This document shows, in pieces, positions 12,312 to 25,109 of a stretch of DNA of 62,000 nt. The DNA is taken from the NCBI RefSeq assembly GCF_004010195.1, contig NC_057718.1:1619696-1681695 (forward strand), read 5' to 3'. A model generated the notes under the pieces. That model made no database searches. It saw only the letters and a list, made by a program, of their open reading frames with translations, and was not told where the DNA came from. The position numbers were made by a program, and so were the translations under genes. How positions within the stretch are numbered: position 1 is the stretch's first letter; the number at the start of each line of letters is the position of its first letter. Source of the DNA: Chiloscyllium plagiosum. Its lineage: Eukaryota.

Positions 12312-12950
12312 TGGGGGAGGAAGGGGCACAGGTTGAAGTTGAGGTCCATGTCCTTACACATGCATGCAGTCTTTAACAGAACTCACTGAATCAGGACTGG
12401 ACCTCTTCCCTAATTTCATGGAACACTGAAGCCAATAATAAAGAAAAGATAGTGCCTTGTCTATGAAGCCCTTTGGGATACCCATTGAATCACCTTTTGA
12501 AGTGTGGATGCTGCACAGTGCAGTAACAAATCTGTGTATAAATAACAATGAGTTAACCTATCAGTTACTTTCTTCAGGGAACAAATAGTGGTCAGGATAC
12601 CAGAACCTGCCTGCCCTTCTTCAAAACAACATCATGCGATGTTCTGTATCCAGGTGAGAGAGGACAGGAGGTGTGTTTGGTGGTACATCTATAAAAGCTA
12701 GCATCATTCAATACAGACTGGGAGTGTCTCTTGAGTGAGGCTTTGAACTCAGAACTTTCTGATAGCAGATACTGCTTCCAGTTGAACCTCAGAAGGAAAG
12801 ATTGAAGCTGTTTCCTCCAGATGAACATAGGCTTGTTAACAGTTGAGTTACACACTGATTAACCACCAATTCTATAACCTTCCTCACCTCCAGGCTGCTG
12901 TATTGTTACATAATTTCAGATGTTCCTTTTCCTTTTCATTATTCCTTCAG

Positions 12951-13145
12951 ATCATTGCAGCTCTAATGAGAAAAAAGTCCCAGAGATCTGAGAAGAGCAT
13001 AAGCCCAGGAATCCCCTCCTCCAGGTTCGAAGTGATCAACAAGAGAGTTGAACATGCCATTGAGGTGCGCAGCAGTGACAAGCTGCGGGATGCCTATCTT
13101 AATGAAATCACACTAACGTTTAAAGACTCTACTATTGAAGAGAAG
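12951..13145 (+). CDS. ADCY8: ADCY8-like exon (C1b): IIAALMRKK...INKRVEHAIEVRSSDKLRDAYLNEITLTFKDSTIEEK
   Basis: Polypyrimidine tract with ttcag| acceptor and |gtaat donor; 195 nt, phase 0-0; resembles ADCY8 INKRIEHTIDLRSGDKLR...FKDSSLEHK. Confidence 0.93.
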
Positions 13146-13861
13146 GTAATGTGACTATCTTATTGGGTTCTTGTTTGAAGGAGTGGATTATAGAATAACT
13201 TTCATATTGTCAAATGACTGCAAAACTTGTAAACATAGGCAAAGAACTGGAAATTTCTTGTGGCATATTTTTGCACCTGCAACGAGTGCTGTCTGACTTG
13301 GAGACCTCTAAGTGGCCAGAAATTAACACATTTTGGCTAAAGTTTGTTCGTTCTTGTTCATTTTAAGAGGGACTGTAAACAAAGGGCCCTCATTTATGTA
13401 CTCAAGGGTCGAATTGTGCCTCTTTAAAGTGACTACTTTGGAGGTCTCAAAGAAGTCTAATGCCTTTGTAAATTGTTTCAAAGGCAATTCTATGCTTTTT
13501 CATGATCTTACTGTGCAATTCAGGAAAAAACGATGGCTACTTTGTGCAAAAACAGGCTTCCACAAACAGCAAAGTGACAACAAACAGACCATTTGTTTTT
13601 GCAATGTTGATTAAGAGACAAGTGTCGACTCTGAACAGCAGGGAGGATGCCACTGCTGCTTTAAAACAGTGACATAATCTTTTATGGCCTCCTGAGAATC
13701 CAGAGTGAGCCTTGGTTTCAGATCTCACCTGAAAGATGGATTTGAAATGCTTACGTGAGATTGAAACTTATGTTTGTCTGTCAAGGTTTCTGGATTACTA
13801 GTTCAGTAATGTGCCCAAAGATGTGCAGGCTAGATGGATTGCTCAAGGTAAAATGTAGGGT

Positions 13862-14076
13862 CTAGATTAGAGTGTTGCTGGAAAGGCACAGCAGGTCAGG
13901 CAGCATCTGAGGAGCAGGAAAATCCACATTTCAGGCAAAAGCCCTTCATCAGGATTGCTTTTGCCTGAAACATTGATTTTCCTGCTCCTCGTATGCTGCC
14001 TGACCTGCTGTGCTTTTACATCACTATGCGAATCTAGACTCTGGTTTCCAGCATCTGCAGTGCTCACTTTTGCCTA
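13862..14076. mobile_element. Fold-back Penelope terminal insertion with 14-bp TSD, inside a SINE remnant
   Basis: TSD gtaaaatgtagggt (13848-13861) / gtaaaacgtagggt (14077-14090); arms of about 75 bp inverted around 13943-13957. Confidence 0.85.
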
Positions 14077-14251
14077 GTAAAACGTAGGGTTGCAGGGTAG
14101 GGTGGGATGCTCTTTGGGGGGTGGGGGGGAGGGGGGGTCAGTGTAGACTAGATGGGCTGAATTGCCTCCTTTTGCTCTGTAGGGATTCTATGGTTCTATC
14201 ATACTCCATCTTTAAATGAATGTACAGCTGAGTGTTGTCATTTACTCTTGG

Positions 14252-14950
14252 AATAGAATGGAATGGCCTTTATTGTCACACAGTCAATGAGTAGGGGAAA
14301 CGTTTATATGTCATAGCTATCTTAGATACCAAAGTACCAACAGCACAGCTTCTTTTGTTGCAAGATTTTCGACAACACAGAAATAAAATGCCCAGCATTA
14401 CAGAAATAAAGTTCAGTCCAGCAGGAGCACGCTGACACATCGCTTCGAGTCTTCGAGTTGCTGGCATAGGCTTCACACTATGCCAGCAACATATGCACCA
14501 GGAGGCCGCTGTGCCTGGCCGGGAGATCACCATCCCACACCAGGAGGCCACTGTGCCTGGCCGGGAGATCACCATCCCACACCAGGAGGCCACTGTGCCT
14601 GACCGGGACATACCATCCCACACCAGGAGGCCGCTGTGCCTGGCCGGTAGATCACCATCCCACACCAGGAGGCCAGTGTAGGAGAAGGTTGCACCAGGCC
14701 GGGAGTTCTCACTTGAAGCTGGGCCTCATCACTTGCTGGAGGCCGGGGATTGTCTCCAAGTGAGGGGGTCATCTCCAGAGGCCGGAGGCCGTTACTCACT
14801 GGAAGTCGATGCTCATCAATCCTCGCTGGTGGTCGCCGGAGGCCAGGAGGCAAAGAGAAAAAAATGAAGAAATAAAAAGCAATAGACAAAAGAGAAAGAG
14901 AAGAGAAAGAAGAAGACAAGAAGAAGAGGAGTGGGCGGAGTAGACAAGCT
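14252..14950 (-). mobile_element. Non-autonomous LINE-derived element carrying an internal 42-bp tandem repeat
   Basis: The minus strand ends AATAAA...(ccatt/ctatt)n tail and has a T/C-rich 5' part; no RT motifs seen. Confidence 0.45.
14496..14678. repeat. 42-bp tandem repeat, about 4.3 copies (caccaggaggccgctgtgcctggccgggagatcaccatccca)
   Basis: Units start at 14496, 14538, 14580, 14621 and 14663. Confidence 0.92.
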
Positions 14951-15307
14951 CCTATCTGTGTACCTCTCTTTATACTTCATATCTTCACCATTGCCTACCT
15001 CTCTTGAGCTTCTCAATATCCCCATCGTGCTCTCATTTTAATTTCAATCTCTCTCCCACTCTCTCACTATCACTCTGTGCAGTGCTTGAGAAGATAGTGA
15101 AAATAAGCTTTCTGTTTGATGACGGGTAGTGATGCCTTAGTGGTATTGTTGCTAGACTGTTAGTCCGGAAACTCACCTCATGTTTTGGGGACTTCGATTT
15201 GAATCCTGCCGTGGCAGACAGTGGAATTTGAGTTCAATAAAAAGAAATCTGAAATTAAGAATCTACAAATGACCACAAAACCATTGTCAATTGTCAGAAA
15301 AACAAGC

Positions 15308-15632
15308 GCGATGGCTCAGTGGTTAGCACTGCTGCCTCACAGCACCAGGCACCCGAATTCAACTCCAGATTGGGTCATTGTCTATGTGGAGTTTGCACGT
15401 TCTTCCCATGTCAGCTCTAGTTTCCTCTCTCTGTCCAGGATATTCAAGTTAGGGTGATTTGGCCATTTTAAATTACCCACAGTGTTCAGGGATGTGGAGG
15501 TTAGATGGGTTAACCGTGGGAAATACAGGGTTACAGGGATAGTGTAGGGGGATGGGTGTGGGTGGGATGCTGTCCAGAGAGTTGGTGTGGACGTATTGTG
15601 TTGAATGGCCTGTTTCCACACTGTAGGGATTC
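15308..15632 (+). mobile_element. HE1-type V-SINE (diverged)
   Basis: tggctcagtggttagcactgctgcctcacagc head and ggcctgtttccacactgtagggattcta tail. Confidence 0.85.
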
Positions 15633-15739
15633 TATTTTTTTTAATCTATGTTCTGCAGTCCTGTCCCATCCAGTCGTGAGTGGGTGTGGACAATTACATG
15701 TCTCATTGGAGGAGGAGGTTTCACAAACATCTCCATCCT

Positions 15740-17915
15740 CAGTATGGAAGAGTCTAACACATCCTTGTAAAACATAACACTGAAGCTTCCACTGTAATCC
15801 TCAGCCAGTAGTGCTGAGCGGATAATTCATCTTGGCCTCCTGCAATGATCCCCAGCATTACAGATGCCAGTCATCAGCCAATTCGATTCACTCCACTTGA
15901 TATCACAAAATGGTTGGAGACACTGGATACTGCAAAAGCTAGACCCTGACAACTTTCCTGCAATTGTATTGAAGATGTGCACTCCAGAAATTGCCGCTCC
16001 CCTAGCCAAGTCCTTCCTGTAAAGTTACAGCACTGGCATCTACCCGACAATGTGGAAAATTGCTCAGATATGACCTGTACGTAAAAAACAAGTCAAATTC
16101 CACCCGATCAATTACCATCTCATAGGTCTACTCTTGATCATCAACAAACTGATTATAGGAGCTATCAAGCAGCACCTGCTCAGCAATAACCTGCTCGGTG
16201 ATGCCCAGTTTGGGTTCCACCAGGTTCATTCAGCTTCTGACCACATTACAGCCTTGGTTCAACATGAATTCCAGAAGGGAGAGGAGAGGGACAGCCTTTG
16301 ACATCAAGACTGCATTCAACTGAGTGTGGCATCAAGGAGCCCGAGTGAAACTACAATCAGAACTGGCTATCAGGGGACAAACTCTCCAGTGGTTGCAGTC
16401 ATAGCTTTTGTTGAATTCATTGAGAGGATGAGGGCATTTCTGACTGGGCCAGCATTTATTGCCCATTCCTAATTGCCCAGAGGACAGTTGACATTCAACT
16501 ACATTGCTGTTGGTCTGGAGTCACATGTAGACCAGACCAAGTAGGGATGGCAGTTTCTTTCCCTTAAGGATATCAGTGAAGCAGATGGGCTTTCCCCCAC
16601 AAGTGACAATGGATTCATGATTCATTAGGTTCTCAATTCCAACGTTTTATTGAATTCAAATTCTACCATCAGTAATGACAGGATTGCAACCCAGGTGCCC
16701 AGAATATTACCTAGGTCTCTAGATTAACAATACAGTGATAATACCATTAGGCCACCGCCTCTCTGACACATAGGAAGATGGTTATGGTTCTCAGAAGTCA
16801 GTCATTTCAGCTCCAGGATGTCTCTGCAGGGGCTCCTTAGGATAGTGCCTGAAACCTATCTTCAGCTGCTTCATCAATGAATTTCCCTTGATCATAAGGT
16901 CAGAAGTAGAGATGTTTACGCAATATTCAGCACCATGCACGGCTGCTCAGATACTGAAACAGTCCATGTTCAAATACAACAAAATCTGGACAATATCCAG
17001 AATTGGTCTGACAAGTAGGAGAAAGTGAGGACTGCCATGTGCTGCCACCTAATCTCCCTGCAGTCAGTCCTGCCTCAGCTCAGGGCCACACGCTCCCTGA
17101 CCTGCAAAGGACCTCTGCTGTTTTACATCCTGAGAAGAATTTACTCAGATGCTGCCTAACCTGCTGTGCTTTTCCAGCACCACATTCTCGACCTTCATCT
17201 GACAAGTGGCAAATAACATTTGTGCCACACAAATGCCAGGCAATGACCATCTCCAATAAGAGACAATCTAATCACTGCCCCTTGACACTCAATGGTGTTA
17301 CTATTACTGAATAACTACTTTCAATCCCCACTATCAACATCTTTGAGGTTACCATTTACCAGGAATTTAACCACATAAACACAGTTGTTATAAGAGCAGG
17401 TCAGAAGCCAGGAACACTGGTGAGTAACTCACCTCCTACTCCTCAAAACCTGTCCTCCATCTATAAGACATGAGTCAAGAATGTGATAGAATACTCCCCA
17501 CTTGCCTGGATAAATGCAGATCCAACAACACTGAAGAAGCTTGACACCATTTAGGACAAAGCAGCTGCTTGACTGGTACTACATTCACAAGCATCCACTC
17601 GCTCCACTACCAACACTCAGTTGCAGCAGTGTGTACCATCTACATGATGTACTGCAGAAATTCATCAAAGATCCTCAATAGAACCTTCCAAACCCACAAC
17701 CACTTCCATCTCAAAGAACTGAGGTAGCAGATACATCTGAACACAACCACCTTCAAGTTCCCCTTCAAGCCACTCCCCATCCTGCCTTGGAAGCATATTG
17801 CTGTTCCTTCACTGTCACTGGGTCAAAATCCTGGAATTCTGTCCTTTAGGGCATTGTGAGTCTCAGTACTGCACATGAACTACAGCGTTTCAAGAAGGCA
17901 GCTCACCACGTACTC
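15740..17915 (+). mobile_element. Decayed CR1/L2-clade LINE of a second family, with nested short repeats; a similar 3' end lies at ~3350-3475
   Basis: Degenerate RT segments (cagtttgggttcc, gacatcaagactgcattcaactgagtgtggcat) and 3' 'ttcaagaaggcagctcaccac'. Confidence 0.7.
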
Positions 17916-17934
17916 ATGGACATTGACGAGAGTG

Positions 17935-18725
17935 TCCTAAAGGAAGAGTGCTAAATTGGGGAAGGCCAACTATAGCAAAATTCAGCAGAAGCTGGGAAAT
18001 ATGGATTGGGAGCAGCTGTTTGAGGGTAAATCCACATTTGATAGGTGGGAGGTTTTTAAAGAGAGGTTGATTAGAATGCAGGACAGACATGTCCCTGTGA
18101 AAATGAGGGATAGGAATGGCAAGATTAGGGAACCGTGGATGACAGTTGAAATTGTGAGACTAGCTAAGAGGGAAAAGGAAGCAGACAGCGGTCCAGGCGA
18201 CTGAAAACTGATGAAGCTTTGGAAGCATTTTGGGAATGTAGGACCAATCTGAAATGAAGAATTAAAAGGGCTAAAAGGAGTCATGAAATATCTTGAGCAA
18301 ACAAGGTCAAGGAAAATCCTAAAGCCTTTTATTCATATATAACGATCAAGAGGGTTACTAGGGAAAAGGTTGACCCACCCAAAGACAAAGGAGGAAAGTA
18401 ATGCATTGAGTCAGAGAATGGGTGAGGTTCTTAATGATTACTTTGCATCAGTATCCCCTGAGGAGAGGGACATGATGGATGTTGTGGTTAGGGGTAGATG
18501 TTTGCTTACTCTAGGTCAAGTTAGCATAAGGAGGGAGGAAGGATTGGGTATTCTAAAAGACATTAGATGGACAAGTCCTCAGGTCCAAATGGGATCTATC
18601 CTAGGATACCGAGGAAAGCGGGAAAGAAAATAGCTGGGGCCTTATCATATATCTTTGCAGCATCCTTGAACTCGGGTGAGTCCCGGAGGGCTGGAGAATT
18701 GTTAATGTTGTCCCCTTGTTTAAGA
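17935..18725 (+). mobile_element. CR1 LINE ORF2 fragment
   Basis: ORF-track peptides PWMT, KENPKAFYSYI, LNDYFASV, DKSSGPNGIYPR. Confidence 0.8.
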
Positions 18726-18816
18726 ATTCCCTATTCGACCTCACCCATCTTATTCCTGCATATGTCTTCATGCTGTTGCAACAAAGCTTTCAACTGAGTT
18801 CTTTGCTCCTGAGTTT

Positions 18817-19130
18817 AGATCAGAGTGGTGCTGGAAAAGCACAGCAAGTCAGGCAGCAACTGAGGAGCAACAAAATTGATGTTTCGGGCAAGAGCCCTTC
18901 ATCAGGAATAGAGGCAGGAGGCCTCCAGGGTGGAGAGATAAATGGGGGGGAGTGGGCTGGGGAGAAGGTAGCAAAGAGTACAATAGGTGAATGGGGGTGG
19001 GGATGGAGGTGATAGGTCAGAGAGGAGGGTGGAGTGGATAGGTGGGAAGGATGATAGGCAGGTAGGACAGATCATGAGGGCAGTGCTGAGTTGGAAGGTT
19101 GGAACTGGGGTGAGGTGGGGGAAGGGGAAA
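18817..19130 (-). mobile_element. Penelope family 1-like 3' terminal repeat with hammerhead motif
   Basis: Reverse complement of the same terminus as 26880-27197; motif ctgatgaagggctcttgcccgaaacatc. Confidence 0.85.
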
Positions 19131-19131
19131 G

Positions 19132-21368
19132 CTTTACTCTCATCCACCTGTTTTGTCTCCTTTTCAAAAAACTCAGTAAGGTTAGTGATTCACAACCTTC
19201 ACAAAACTGTCTTGACTCTTCCAAATCAAATTATTCCTTTCCAGATTATTATAAATCCTATTTCTTATAACCTTTTCCAACACTTTACCCACAAACAAAG
19301 TAAGGCTCACTGGCCTATAATTACCAGTGTCGTCCCGACTCCCCTTCTTAAACAAGGGAACCACATTTGCTATCCTCCAGTCTTCTGGCACCATTTCTGT
19401 AGACAATGATGACATAAAGATCACGGCAAAGGCTTGGCAATCTCCTCCCTGGTTTCCCAGAGAATCTGAGGATAAATCCCAACCAGCCCCGGGGTCTTGT
19501 CAATTTTCAGATCTTCCAAAATTGGTAAAACCTCCTCTTTTTCAACCACAATCCCATCTATTCTAGTAGCCTGTATCTCCATATTCTCACTAACATTGCC
19601 CTTTCCAATGTGAATACTGACGAAAAGTATTCATTAAGCCCTTCCCCTTTGTCCTCAGATTCCATACACAACTTCTCACTACAATCTTTGATTGGCCCTA
19701 GTTTTACTCTAGTCATTCTTTTATTCCTGATATATCTACAGAAGGCCTTAGGATTTTCCTTGATCCTATCTGCCAACAACTTCTCTTCTTAGCCCTCTCT
19801 TTAGATCTTTTCTGGCTGACGTATAACTCTCAAGCCCCCTAACTGAGCCTTCAAGCCTCACCCTCACATAAGCTGCCTTCTTCCTCTTGACAAGAGCTTC
19901 AACTTCTTTAGTAAACCATGGCTCCCTCTCTCGACAATTTCCTCCCTGCCTGAAGGGTATATACTTATCAAGGACCCGCAGTAGCTGTTCCTTGAATAAG
20001 TTCCTCATTTCAAGTGTGTCCATCCTCTGCAGTTTCTTGCCCCATCCTATGCATCCTAAATTTTGCCAAATTGCATCATAATTGCCTTTCCCCCAGTTAT
20101 ACCTCTTTCCCTGCGGTATATACCTATCCCTGCCAATTGCTATTGTAAACATAACTGAATTGTGGTCACTATCACCAAAGTGCTCACCTACCTCCAAATC
20201 TAGATTAGATTAGATAGATTAGATTACTTACAGTGTGGAAACAGGCCCTTCGGCCCAACAAGTCCACACCGACCCGCCGAAGCGCAACCCACCTATTCCC
20301 CTACATTTTACCCCTTGACCTAACACTACGGGCAATTTAGCATGGCCAATTCACCTGACCTGCACATCTTTGGACTGTGGGAGGAAACCGGAGCACCCGG
20401 AGGAAACCCACGCAGACACGGGGAGAATGTGCAAACTCCACACAGTTAGTCGCCTGAGTCGGGAAATGAACCCGGGTCTCTGGTGCTGTGAGGCAGCAGT
20501 GCTAACCACTGTGCCACCGTGCCGCCCGCCCATCTAATACCTGGCCGGGTTCATTCCCCAGCACCAAATCCAATATGGCATTGCCCCTTGTTGGCCTGTC
20601 TACATACCTTGTCAGAAAACCCTCCTGCACACATTGAACAAAAACTGACCCATTTAAACTATTGAATTATAGCGCTCCAAGGCAGTACTGGGGAAGTTAA
20701 AGTCCCCCATAACAACTACCCTGTTACTCTCACTCCCATTGAGAATCATCTTTGCTAACCTTTCCTCTACGTCCCTGGAACAATTCGGAGGCTGATAGAA
20801 AACTCCCAACAGGGTGACCTCTCCTTTTCTGTTTCTAACCTCAGCCAAAATACCTCAGTGGATGAGTCCTCAAACGTTATCTCAGCTGCTGTAATACTAC
20901 CGTTGATTAACAATGCCACACCCCTCCCCCCTTTTACCATCTTCTCTGTTCTTACTGAAACATCTGAATCCCGGAACCTGCAAAAAACCATTCCTGTCCC
21001 TCCTCTAGCGATGCATCTAAAAATGGCCACAACATCGAAATCCCACGTAGCAACCCATGCTGCAGGTTCACCTAACTTATTCAGGATGCTCCCGGTATTG
21101 AAGTACACACATTTCAAACCAATATCCTGATTGCCAGTGCCCTCTTGCGACCTTGTAAACCCCTATCCCTGACCTCACTACCCTCAACCGCCTGTACACT
21201 GGAGCTACAATTCAGGTTCCCATCCCCCTGCTGCATTAGTTTAAAGCCTCCTGAAGGGCATTAGCAAATTCCCCCCCCAGGATATTGGTACCCCTCTGGT
21301 TGGAGAGGTCCCACCTTCCTTAGAAAGAGCTCCAATTATCTGAGAATCCAAATCCCTCCCTCCTGCAC
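19132..21368 (-). mobile_element. CR1 LINE (endonuclease to RT start)
   Basis: APE-like MKCVYFN..SI.NK, KGGRGVALLI, MGDFNFP, GDSDHNSV; RT-upstream WRIANVVPLFKKG..NYRPVSLT. Confidence 0.9.
20203..20531 (-). mobile_element. Young full-length HE1 V-SINE inserted in CR1
   Basis: Close to 48884-49203; (aatct)n tail; short TSD atcta. Confidence 0.92.
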
Positions 21369-21638
21369 TTTTCCTGCACTATTATGTCAAACAGGATGTC
21401 TGCTAACTGAACCTCAACTCCTTCATCTTTCCCTTTAATGTTTTTCGTGCTGTGATTTATGATAGTGGGACCTTGTTACTACACAGTTTGGGAAAATCGC
21501 AGGGTATTTTTCTTTGAACTCCTCAGTTCCCTGGTCTTCTCCACAACAAGAGGTGTCACTTCCACCTTGGATCCTTCTAAATCATTCCTAAGAACAAACT
21601 GGATTCCTGCAATTGACACACTGTCAATCACTCCCACT

Positions 21639-23188
21639 TGTGGTGAAACGGTTAAAACTTATGTCCCAATACATGTGTGAATCTAACCGGAATGGAGGTG
21701 TTGCTTAGTCCCGTGTGAATCTTATTACACACCTCCCCGTGTGAATCTTCTTATCTGTATGTAACCAGAATGGAATGTGTTTTTTAGCCTTGCTCTGCTG
21801 TTCACATGAATGTTTATATCTGGAAAAGAGTATATCAGCTGGAGAAGTCTCCAGTTCGGTGAGTCTGCTCCGGGGTTACGTTTAACCGCCGAGCGTGGGT
21901 TGTTGGCAACCGCTCTACGAGAACTGACGGCTCCCAGTTCCGGTAACATGTAGAGTGAGTATAAGCCAGACCCGTTGTAAGATGAGACCTTGGTTTTGGC
22001 GCGCCGGCGGGGAAAAAAAATGCTCATATTCTAGCAGACTCGCCTCTTGGTCGTTTGTCCTGTGTCAGACTACTCTCCTACGAACCTGACATTGAGAATT
22101 TTTTAAAACAGACAGCGTAGAGTGTAGTGAGTAGAGACAGTGTGGTGAAACGGTTAAAAATTATGTCACAATACATGTGTGAATCNNNNNNNNNNNNNNN
22201 NNNNNNNNNNNNNNNNNNNNNNNNNNNNNNNNNNNNNNNNNNNNNNNNNNNNNNNNNNNNNNNNNNNNNNNNNNNNNNNNNNNNNNNNNNNNNNNNNNNN
22301 NNNNNNNNNNNNNNNNNNNNNNNNNNNNNNNNNNNNNNNNNNNNNNNNNNNNNNNNNNNNNNNNNNNNNNNNNNNNNNNNNNNNNNNNNNNNNNNNNNNN
22401 NNNNNNNNNNNNNNNNNNNNNNNNNNNNNNNNNNNNNNNNNNNNNNNNNNNNNNNNNNNNNNNNNNNNNNNNNNNNNNNNNNNNNNNNNNNNNNNNNNNN
22501 NNNNNNNNNNNNNNNNNNNNNNNNNNNNNNNNNNNNNNNNNNNNNNNNNNNNNNNNNNNNNNNNNNNNNNNNNNNNNNNNNNNNNNNNNNNNNNNNNNNN
22601 NNNNNNNNNNNNNNNNNNNNNNNNNNNNNNNNNNNNNNNNNNNNNNNNNNNNNNNNNNNNNNNNNNNNNNNNNNNNNNNNNATGTAACACATGTATTGGG
22701 TCAAGCAGTGGAATGTGGTGAAACGGTTAAAAATTATGTCCCAATACATGTGTGAATCTAACCGGAATGGAGGTGTTGCTTAGTCCCGTGTGAATCTTAT
22801 TACACACCTCCCCGTGTGAATCTTCTTATCTGTATGTAACCAGAATGGAATGTGTTTTTTAGCCTTGCTCTGCTGTTCACATGAATGTTTATATCTGGAA
22901 AAGAGTATATTAGAGTGAGTATAAGCCAGACCCGTGAGTCTGCTCCGGGGTTACGTTTAACCGCCGAGCGTGGGTTGTTGGCAACCGCTCTACGAGAACT
23001 GACGGCTCCCAGTTCCGGTAACATGTAGAGTGAGTATAAGCCAGACCCGTTGTAAGATGAGACCTGGTTTTGGCGACGCTGCGGGGAATAAAAAGCTGAA
23101 GCATATTCTAGCAGACTCGCCTCTTGGTCGTTTGTTCTGTGTCAGACTACTCTCCTACGAACCTGACCTTGAGAATTTTTTTAAAACA
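21639..23188 (+). mobile_element. Young LTR-like insertion: TG...CA units of about 472 bp in tandem, spanning a gap, with 5-bp TSD
   Basis: Unit 1 is 21639-22110, unit 2 starts at 22141 and runs into the gap, unit 3 is 22714-23188. TSD ccact at 21634-21638 and 23189-23193. TATA-like gtataag and AATAAA (~23086); CpG-rich. Confidence 0.8.
22186..22681. other. Assembly gap (others at 27057-27066, 31287-31397, 39274-39962)
   Basis: Runs of N. Confidence 1.
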
Positions 23189-24004
23189 CCACTGTAATTT
23201 CCCCAGTCTTGAATTGGCACTCCAACCTGATCTTATACAGGGGGAATCTCTGTCCATCTAGCCCACAAATTATCACTCTCTCGGGTAACAGATGAGCAAG
23301 AGGGCAAATATGTTTATCTCTTACTATTAGAGTCTGGTTAGATCCCATATCCCTCAAAATTATAACTCTTGTCCTTCTCCCCCTCTTCTTTCTGAGTAAA
23401 CTTTACCCGCAGAGGCAAATTCTTTCTAGAGATCCGGCACTAACTTCATAGCCAGCCACTGGCTTACCTTCTTTCACCATATCTTTTCCCACAGTGCCTT
23501 TCTTTAATGACCAGCACTGTGACTCTATGTGTCCCACCTTCTGCCAGTGAAAACACCTTATCCCAGTGCCCTTCTTCAATCACCGGCACTGTAATTTTCT
23601 GTGTCCCACTCCATTAGTGAAAACCCTGGAGGTTTTTTCACCTCCTTTTCTCCCTCTTGGGCTTCTTTTGTAACCTATGGTGGCTCAGAGGGCTGAAAGG
23701 CCTACTCCTGCTCCTAGTTCCTGTGTTCTTATGTTCTAAACTATTACCAGGGTTGTTTACTCTTTGTTTTGTCACTTCGCATTTCCCCTTCTCCCAATTT
23801 CCATCCCTCACCGGATGAAATTCTTGCTGGAAGCTAAACTTTGGCTTTGTACCAATGCATATTCATCTGCCATCTCTACTGCTGTTCTCACTTCCCAACT
23901 GTCTGTACATCCAAAAGAATTTGTATCACCTCTGGAAGTAAATTTTTAAATTCCCCAGCAGAATAATCTCTCTTAGAGTCTCATAGGTCTTATCTATTTT
24001 TAAG

Positions 24005-24084
24005 TTGAAAATGTGTTGCTGGAACAGCGCAGCAGGTCAGGCAGCATCCAGGGAACAGGAGAATCGATGTTTCGGGCATAAGCC
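24005..24084 (-). mobile_element. 80-bp Penelope family 2 terminal insertion in Gypsy gag
   Basis: 16-bp TSD cttatctatttttaag at 23989-24004 and 24085-24100. Confidence 0.88.
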
Positions 24085-25086
24085 CTTATCTATTTTTAAG
24101 GCCCGCACCCATCTATCAAAATGTCTACGTTTAATTCTTTCGAACTCAACATAAGTCTGACCTGGTTCCTTCTTTATGTTTCTGAACCGCTGTCTGTAGG
24201 CTTCTTCTACCGATGCATGAGCACTCAAAATAGCCTGTCTGACATCTTTATAATCTCTTGACCCCTCACATGACAGCGCGGCAAATACCTCACTAACTCT
24301 GCCTACCAGTTTAGTCTGAACTAGCATTATTCACAAGTCCTCTGACCACTCCATCTGCAAGGCCAATTTTTCAAATGAAATAAAGAAGGCTTCGACATCT
24401 TGTTCATCAAAATGTAGCAATGTTTTAACATATTTGTATATGTCACTACCTTCTCTCTTCATCTCCATCCTCTGAGCGACTTTGCTGACTAAGTCGCAAC
24501 TTTTGAAGTTCATACTCTCTCCATTTCTCTTTTTCTCTCTCCCTTTATTCTTCTCACTCTTTCTCCTTCTCTTTCTCTTTCTTCTCTGTCTCTTCACTCA
24601 GCTAAGAACCTTCTCTCTTTTTTCCTCTCTCTCTCTTTCTCTCTCCCTTTCTTTATTTCCCAACTCCATTTTCCTCAACTGTACTTTAAGTTTTCTAACT
24701 GTACTGCACTTGTCTGTTTCTCTGATACACCTAAGTGCTAGAGTAACTCCATTCCAATTTCAGCTTTACTTTTGTCATTGGTTAAACCAATTTTAACCTC
24801 TTGCTAATTCTAAAAGGATAGTCTTTTTCTGTGCTTCTAAACTTTCTTGGCAAATTTGGGAATCATCTTCAAATCACAGGACCTCTTTTGCAGTTTTAAC
24901 GGCCATTTCTCTCACATTTAATTTAAGCAACCACAAGTACCCAAAATTAAACAAATTGTCTCCTGTCTGTTTTATTTAAAGTACTAGGATACTAATTAAC
25001 GGATACTTAAATTTGCTGGGTTCTTTTACCTTAAATCTGTTCAAATCTGTCCAAATCTCAGACTGGTTCTGTCTAAACCTGTCCAA

Positions 25087-25106
25087 ATCTCGGACCCGAG
25101 CCCCCA
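25087..25106 (-). promoter_or_regulatory. Primer-binding site, tRNA-Pro-like
   Basis: Minus strand TGGGGGCTCG(GG)TCCGAGAT vs tRNA-Pro PBS TGGGGGCTCGTCCGGGAT, 3 nt from the LTR. Confidence 0.75.
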
Positions 25107-25109
25107 AAC

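Noticed and set aside
22078..22749. Long ORFs rich in X (also 39074..40099, 31183..31524)
   Set aside because: Artefacts of translating through N gaps.
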